The position numbers were made by a program, and so were the translations under genes. DNA of 64,000 nt from a virus (lineage: Duplodnaviria > Heunggongvirae > Uroviricota > Caudoviricetes): positions 252,177 through 316,176 of IMG/VR virus record IMGVR_UViG_3300037067_008064. One strand, written 5' to 3'. The notes under the pieces were generated by a model. It saw nothing but the letters and a program-made list of their open reading frames with translations, was not told where the DNA came from and did no database searches. This document shows, piece after piece, positions 58,431 to 64,000 of the stretch (position 1 is the stretch's first letter; each line of letters starts with the position of its first letter).

Positions 58431-60194
58431 TTATATAATACCTGCACTTGAGGTCTTGAAATAAACAGTCAAGTATTGAGTTTCTGGATGCCATCCTGCA
58501 TCAACCAAAGCATATCTTGATTTGATAATAACTTTAGGAGCACCGGTTCCTTCAGTAATAAGTTTTACAGATTCAGCCATTAAATATGGGCAGAAGAATA
58601 CACCTGGTTCATCAGCTGCACCTTTTCTTCCAACTAATACACGAGTATCGTCATATTTCATATTTGGGTCAACGTATACTGTCATACCAGCGAGTGTACC
58701 AACTGGATATAAAGCACCATTATTTTGAGTAAAGGTATTTGCCATTGGTGAGAAACCATATTGAGCATTGCTTTGTAAAGCTGTTGCTAATTTAAGGTTA
58801 CATACAGCAAAGTTAGCAGGGCCTCTTCTTCCACGTTGCATAACAACATTACCTGCTGCTAAGATGTGGTCAAATAATCTCTTAATTGCTGTATCTAAAT
58901 TTTCAAAGTTGTTTGTTCCATAAACTTGGAAACCTGGAACTGTCATTGATGTAGAAGTTGTTGAGTTATCTCCATCTGGATAGATGAAAGCAGGCGATGT
59001 AGTTGCAGAAGTTGAGGAGAAATTTAAGTTTAAATTAATACCTTCAACGTCATATGCTTTAACGGCGTTCTTCCAACCTAATGCAAAAGTTCTTGATAAG
59101 ATATGTTTGTTAATATGTTGGCTAATTTCATTTATACCACCATTTTCAACCATACCAATTACATCAATACCCCATTGACGATTAAGGTCCATGATTTGTT
59201 CTTGTGTAACATTAACAGAAATTGAGAATGTACCTGCAGAGATGAACTTTGTGAATACTTGTAAACCTAAAGCTCTTGGGTATTGCATTTCTCCAGTACC
59301 TCTGTCCATTGGTTCATATAATCTAGTACCATCTACATATGTACCTTGCCAATCATCATTGTCAGTTTGGCCAGCACCTGCATAACCCATAACTTGATCT
59401 TCAAGTGTGGATATTAATGATGGATAAGTAGCAACTGCTACTGATGTATCACCATAAGTTGTTGCAGCACTGAATTGAATACTTGCAGTACCATCAAAGA
59501 TATCAGATAAATTAGAACCGGTTGTTCCAAAAGTACCTGTTTTAAACATTAAGAAACCATCAATACGTGATTTGCCAATATATTTTGCGGTTAATGTTTC
59601 AGAACCGTTAATAAAATTAACAACTGTACCTGCAGAAGCATCTGGTAAAGCACCCTTTACTGTTGATGCATCAATTTGAATCTTAAATGAATAAGGAGCA
59701 TCATATTTGTCATATGCAGTTCCACCTTGGAAATTTGCTGGGTTAGCAGTTGCAGGTGAAGCAGCTGGTTGTGCACCAAAAGGTTGTTTTCCACCAGCAT
59801 ATACATAGTCCATATAAGCTATAACTCCATTTGGTCCTGGCATAGGAACAACGTTAACAACATCAAAACCTACTGTACGAGCAGCAACTTGTAATGACAT
59901 TGGAAGTAATGCAGGCCATTTATCTCCTGAACCTTTAGCAGCTGAAGCTGTTTGCTGTTGGCCAGTCATTGCAGCTAATGAAGCTGGAACAACATTACCA
60001 ACACCTGGTACATTGTACAATGTGGAATAAGGAGCGGTAACTCCACCCATTCCAGTTGCACTTTCATTCAACATATGATAGTGTGCATATACTGACGTCC
60101 AAGCTAATCTTTCTTTATTCTTTAAACCAGTGACTTGTTCAATCATAGGTGCCCATTTGTTAATGATTTGGGCTTCATTTATTTGTTTAGACAT
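58431..60194 (-). CDS. Major capsid protein (T4 gp23-like)
   Basis: KWAP, LNE-S cleavage site, VVPMPGP.G, RRGPANF, VGTLAG..VYVDP, GVFFCPY, KSRYAL. Confidence 0.95.
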   Translation of the reverse strand: MSKQINEAQIINKWAPMIEQVTGLKNKERLAWTSVYAHYHMLNESATGMGGVTAPYSTLYNVPGVGNVVPASLAAMTGQQQTASAAKGSGDKWPALLPMSLQVAARTVGFDVVNVVPMPGPNGVIAYMDYVYAGGKQPFGAQPAASPATANPANFQGGTAYDKYDAPYSFKIQIDASTVKGALPDASAGTVVNFINGSETLTAKYIGKSRIDGFLMFKTGTFGTTGSNLSDIFDGTASIQFSAATTYGDTSVAVATYPSLISTLEDQVMGYAGAGQTDNDDWQGTYVDGTRLYEPMDRGTGEMQYPRALGLQVFTKFISAGTFSISVNVTQEQIMDLNRQWGIDVIGMVENGGINEISQHINKHILSRTFALGWKNAVKAYDVEGINLNLNFSSTSATTSPAFIYPDGDNSTTSTSMTVPGFQVYGTNNFENLDTAIKRLFDHILAAGNVVMQRGRRGPANFAVCNLKLATALQSNAQYGFSPMANTFTQNNGALYPVGTLAGMTVYVDPNMKYDDTRVLVGRKGAADEPGVFFCPYLMAESVKLITEGTGAPKVIIKSRYALVDAGWHPETQYLTVYFKTSSAGII

Positions 60195-60266
60195 AATTAT
60201 ATTTAATTATTTTATTTTTATTATTTATTTGATTACCATAATGTAATTTTATCAGTTGTCGTCGCA

Positions 60267-62603
60267 TTAGTTGCCGTAACGGTCTTTCATGTATTGACCA
60301 ATAGAGTTAACTACGTTATCATAATTTTTATCCATGTCCTTTTGAGTTTTTGGAACTAGCACTTCATTTAAAGTGTTTGTTCTTCCATCAAGACCAGATA
60401 ATTCCCAAAAATTATCTATTTGATATTGGGTGTCCAATGTTAAATATTCAGCTCTTGCATTAAGACTTTCCTTTAATTGTTGAGAACTTTTTTCATAAAG
60501 TTCTTTGTACTTTTTAGGAGCAGCTTTAAGCCAAAGTGGTTCTTCTTGTTTTGGTTGATTTGTTATTAAATTTTCCCAAATATTTTGAATAATTACTGGG
60601 TCATTTGTATTAGCTTGGGATATTCCATTTGTTACCTTTTGTTTATCGGCGGCGCTTAAAGAAGCAAATTTAGTCCTATCACTTTCACTTAATAAAGCAG
60701 TGAATGGATATTCTTTTTGTACTTTTTCATCTAACTCTTTTTGTTTTTCTAAGGTATTGATGATTTTAGATAATTTATTATCTAAATTTGCGGCCTTTAC
60801 TTTAATATCTGAGGCTCTATTTAAATTTTCTTTTAATTTTCCAACTGGTTTTACATCCAATTTTAAATTTTGATCTTTTGTTTTTGGTCCATTTCCTGTT
60901 ATTGAAACCTTCGGCGTTGTTACTGATTTAGTAACATCTAATGTCATGATTCCTTTTTGTTTAGAACCACTGGATGTAACCTTAACAGATTTTTCATCTG
61001 CTTCAATTGTTTCTAAATCTTTAGGCATTGTGCCTTTTTTAAACTTAACATCTCTTAATTTAGAAATAATGGTTTTAGTTTTAGTATCAAATTCTACACC
61101 TGATGCTATTCCTTTATCAGGACTTTGAGATACTTTAATTGCTTTAGTATCATCTAAAACATCTAAACCTTTTATTGTTGTTTCATTTAATACTTCATTA
61201 GTAATAGAATGCTTTGTTAATATTTCATTAATTTCATTTTTAATTTTTGGATTATTTTTTTCAGCTTCTGAAAGTTCAATCCATTCAACTAATTTTTTAG
61301 CATCTGATTTACTCATTGCTCTACCTAACATATCTTCTTGATAATTCATAGACACATTAAGATTTTTTGCAATGGAACCTGTCCATTCATGCATTTTATT
61401 TATAGCAACAGCTTTTTCTTTACCCCATTCATTCAAAGCATTAACAGCTTTAGCCATTTCTTCATTCCAATCATTAATACCATTTAACATGGTTGCATTG
61501 TGGTCAACGGCTTCACCAATTTTATTTGTTGTTGTAGCAATTCTTGATACCCAATCTTGAGTTTTATTAATAACATTAGCATTATAATCTACAGTTTCAA
61601 CAATTTTGTTTGTAAGATTATAATGTTTATTACTTTTATCAGCAAGTGTATCTGCAAAGGTTCCAACTTTGTTCAAAGCAACTGCAATTTCTGATTGCCA
61701 ATTAAGAGAATCTTCTTGAATTTTTCTTAATTTTTCTACGTACTTTTTAATTTTAATTACTTGTTCATTGAGTGAAGTTTCTGTATTACCATTTAAAACG
61801 GCATTTTCAATTTTAGTTAGTTTTTCATCTAACCTACTTAATTCATTTTTAAAATGAATAGTCCATTTTTGAACAGCATCTTCATCTACGGTTGTTATTT
61901 TTTCTGGCATATCGTTTAAATTATTATTTTTATTTATTGCAATAGCTTCTTCACGAAGTTTAAATGCAGGAAATTTATCAGTTACATCAATAATAGAAAT
62001 ATTTTCATTAAGAATGCCTAATTTTTTATTTAAATTAGTTTCTTTTTGACCATTATAAGATTCATTTAATTGATTAACTAATGATTGGATTCTTTTACTT
62101 TCTGCTTCATTAACAGAATGTAATTGGGCAGATTCAAATCCTGGTTTTGCAACTAAGTCATATGTATATATTTGTTGAATTTGAACGGTTTTGTCTTCAT
62201 TTACAGTACCAGCGGCACGTGAAGAAATTGAAAGTGGGACACCAGCATCTAATAAAGCTTTAGCAATTTGACCTTTTGTAGTTCCTTCAAGAACTTCAAC
62301 ACGACCTAAAATCTGTCTTTTATTTTGGTCATACCATAAATCTACTACTCTATGTGATACATTTCCTAATGAAACTTCAAATCTTTCTGGGTGATCAAGT
62401 TCTCCTAGTAAATTTCCGTTATTAATATCTTTTTTAAGATATTCCAAATGGGGTAAATATTCTTTTTCTTCATATATACGTCCATTTCTGTTTTCAATTC
62501 CAAATTCAGCAAATACACCTTCAAGTACAGTTTTTCCTTTAGAACTAATCTTCTGTAAGTTTTGACTAGATCTTTCAAGAATCATTACATTTTGTGTATT
62601 CAT
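60267..62603 (-). CDS. Prohead protease (T4 gp21-like) fused to a scaffold-like coiled coil
   Basis: LEGVF, NRNGRIY, LGELDHP, VSH, ISSRAAG, YDLVAKPG; ~600-aa helical extension. Confidence 0.9.
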   Translation of the reverse strand: MNTQNVMILERSSQNLQKISSKGKTVLEGVFAEFGIENRNGRIYEEKEYLPHLEYLKKDINNGNLLGELDHPERFEVSLGNVSHRVVDLWYDQNKRQILGRVEVLEGTTKGQIAKALLDAGVPLSISSRAAGTVNEDKTVQIQQIYTYDLVAKPGFESAQLHSVNEAESKRIQSLVNQLNESYNGQKETNLNKKLGILNENISIIDVTDKFPAFKLREEAIAINKNNNLNDMPEKITTVDEDAVQKWTIHFKNELSRLDEKLTKIENAVLNGNTETSLNEQVIKIKKYVEKLRKIQEDSLNWQSEIAVALNKVGTFADTLADKSNKHYNLTNKIVETVDYNANVINKTQDWVSRIATTTNKIGEAVDHNATMLNGINDWNEEMAKAVNALNEWGKEKAVAINKMHEWTGSIAKNLNVSMNYQEDMLGRAMSKSDAKKLVEWIELSEAEKNNPKIKNEINEILTKHSITNEVLNETTIKGLDVLDDTKAIKVSQSPDKGIASGVEFDTKTKTIISKLRDVKFKKGTMPKDLETIEADEKSVKVTSSGSKQKGIMTLDVTKSVTTPKVSITGNGPKTKDQNLKLDVKPVGKLKENLNRASDIKVKAANLDNKLSKIINTLEKQKELDEKVQKEYPFTALLSESDRTKFASLSAADKQKVTNGISQANTNDPVIIQNIWENLITNQPKQEEPLWLKAAPKKYKELYEKSSQQLKESLNARAEYLTLDTQYQIDNFWELSGLDGRTNTLNEVLVPKTQKDMDKNYDNVVNSIGQYMKDRYGN

Positions 62604-62621
62604 ATTATTCTTAATATTATT

Positions 62622-62633
62622 TTATTATATATC
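62622..62633 (-). promoter_or_regulatory. Putative late promoter motif (GATATATAATAA) of the head operon
   Basis: Just upstream of the protease ATG. Confidence 0.55.
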
Positions 62634-62939
62634 ATTTTTCCAAATCATTAAAAGTTAAGCTGTTGTATATAAAGATAAAAAGATAAAATATATTAATAAA
62701 ATTAGTCTATAAACTATTAGACAAGAAATAATTAGATTATATTGGTATGTTATAATGATGTTAAAACTAATCTTCATAATAAAGAAAATCTTTTAAATAA
62801 GCACAATTTTAGCGTTCACTGCTAAAAGCATGAAATTAAGTTATAAGAAACTATTATTTAAAGAAAAAAATTATCAGATTTTATCTAACTAAAGATATAT
62901 CTTTTAAATCTAGATAAATAGATAAATATGAATAGGCAT

Positions 62940-62962
62940 AAAAAAAGGAGAACTAGTCTCCC
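62940..62962 (-). terminator. Intrinsic terminator downstream of the ATP-grasp gene
   Basis: On the minus strand gggagactagttctcc followed by a T run. Confidence 0.65.
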
Positions 62963-63032
62963 AATGTTGTTCATTTTATTTTAATGTTCATTTTAAATGA
63001 ACACACTCATATAATGAACATTAAATATGAAA

Positions 63033-63884
63033 TTATACTTGATAATATTCATTATATTCATTAATAATTAATTCATTTACTTCTTTGATTACTTTTTCTA
63101 AATCAATGTTGTACCAACTTGCACAACAAAATGAACCAATTTCTAATATTTTATAAGAACCATTATCCATTTTAGCAATATCAATTGTAAAAGCTTTATC
63201 TGGTGTATAGTTATTAACCACAGAATTAGCAAATTCACATGCTTTTATATCAAATATTCTTTCTTTCACTAATTCTCTCTTAATCATATATTTATTTCCA
63301 TCAATTATACGGTTGCTACCATTTTGATTAAGAACAATAAATCTATTTTCTTCTTCAATATTTTGTCTGGGCGCGACTAATATAAGTTGATCCATATCTA
63401 ATCCACCATAAGATAAACAAAGAATTCTTAATTCTTCTTCAAAGTTTTCTTTTGATAGAAGTTGGCCTGTAAAAGTTTTATAACCATTTGAAGGTCTTAT
63501 AAAAATGGATGATGTATTAAAATAATTGAAAATTCTTTCTTTATTTCTTTTTAAATCATTTAATCCAAAAAGAAGATAATTGTAATTTACTAAATTATTT
63601 CCATAATAACCATAATATTTAAAACATTCATAATTTTCAATTTTTAAAAATATACCAGGAATAAAAGCTGTATCTCTTAATATTTGTCTGCCTCTTTGTA
63701 ATGAACCATAAAATAACACGCAGTCATCTATCTTATATTTAGTTTTAATATCTCTATCAAAATCAAATCTTAAATCGGTATCATCAACTAAGAAACAATT
63801 ATGCCCACTATTTTTAATAGTTTGAATTAATTGATTCTCATATTCTTCAAACATATATTTTTCTACAATCCAATTAATTTTCAT
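63033..63884 (-). CDS. ATP-grasp domain protein (R2K clade-like)
   Basis: FYGS, IFIRP ... KTFTGQ, E.RF, FTIDI ... KILEI. Confidence 0.8.
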   Translation of the reverse strand: MKINWIVEKYMFEEYENQLIQTIKNSGHNCFLVDDTDLRFDFDRDIKTKYKIDDCVLFYGSLQRGRQILRDTAFIPGIFLKIENYECFKYYGYYGNNLVNYNYLLFGLNDLKRNKERIFNYFNTSSIFIRPSNGYKTFTGQLLSKENFEEELRILCLSYGGLDMDQLILVAPRQNIEEENRFIVLNQNGSNRIIDGNKYMIKRELVKERIFDIKACEFANSVVNNYTPDKAFTIDIAKMDNGSYKILEIGSFCCASWYNIDLEKVIKEVNELIINEYNEYYQV

Positions 63885-63885
63885 T

Positions 63886-63999
63886 TTAAATATACATTGT
63901 TATAAATAATACATCATTTCCACCACCATCAACACAATGGATAACTCCATCTTCTGTATGATAAATAATAATACCATGTGGTGTATGACCGATTATTTG
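63886..63999 (-). CDS. C-terminal fragment of a calcineurin-like metallophosphoesterase (partial)
   Basis: QIIGHTP ... CVDGG. Confidence 0.55.
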   Translation of the reverse strand, partial: QIIGHTPHGIIIYHTEDGVIHCVDGGGNDVLFITMYI

Positions 64000-64000
64000 A

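Noticed and set aside
17261-61560. Numerous short antisense or overlapping ORFs in the track (e.g. 17261, 17999, 22310, 26375, 27193, 38200, 58522-59385, 60946, 61372)
   Set aside because: They lie opposite or inside well-supported genes and have no motifs

Overview
A very AT-rich, densely coding fragment of a large lytic T4-related myovirus, probably jumbo-sized. The host is likely Bacteroidota, inferred from a DUF4494-like gene and A-rich leaders without Shine-Dalgarno sites. The window contains: (i) a thymidylate-synthase-fold enzyme with the dCMP-specific Asp of T4 gp42 and a T4 alpha-glucosyltransferase homologue, near a HAD/kinase fusion, a cytidylyltransferase and a radical SAM enzyme, together suggesting cytosine hypermodification; (ii) a tandem array of seven ~120-aa paralogues with an ADP-ribosyltransferase-like signature, one interrupted by TGA; (iii) a 620-bp structured non-coding region with a twice-repeated covarying hairpin, iteron-like quartets and an orphan promoter motif; (iv) baseplate/tail genes; (v) a minus-strand operon of likely head-packaged proteins, including a 692-aa putative polyprotein punctuated by prohead-protease-like sites and a SET-domain protein; (vi) an isolated divergent paralogue of the major capsid protein; (vii) a ~15-kb glycosyltransferase/methyltransferase island; (viii) the gp23-like capsid gene and a gp21 protease-scaffold fusion; and (ix) four GIY-YIG genes. 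No tRNA, rRNA or CRISPR array was seen. All family calls come from motif recognition by eye, not from database searches.
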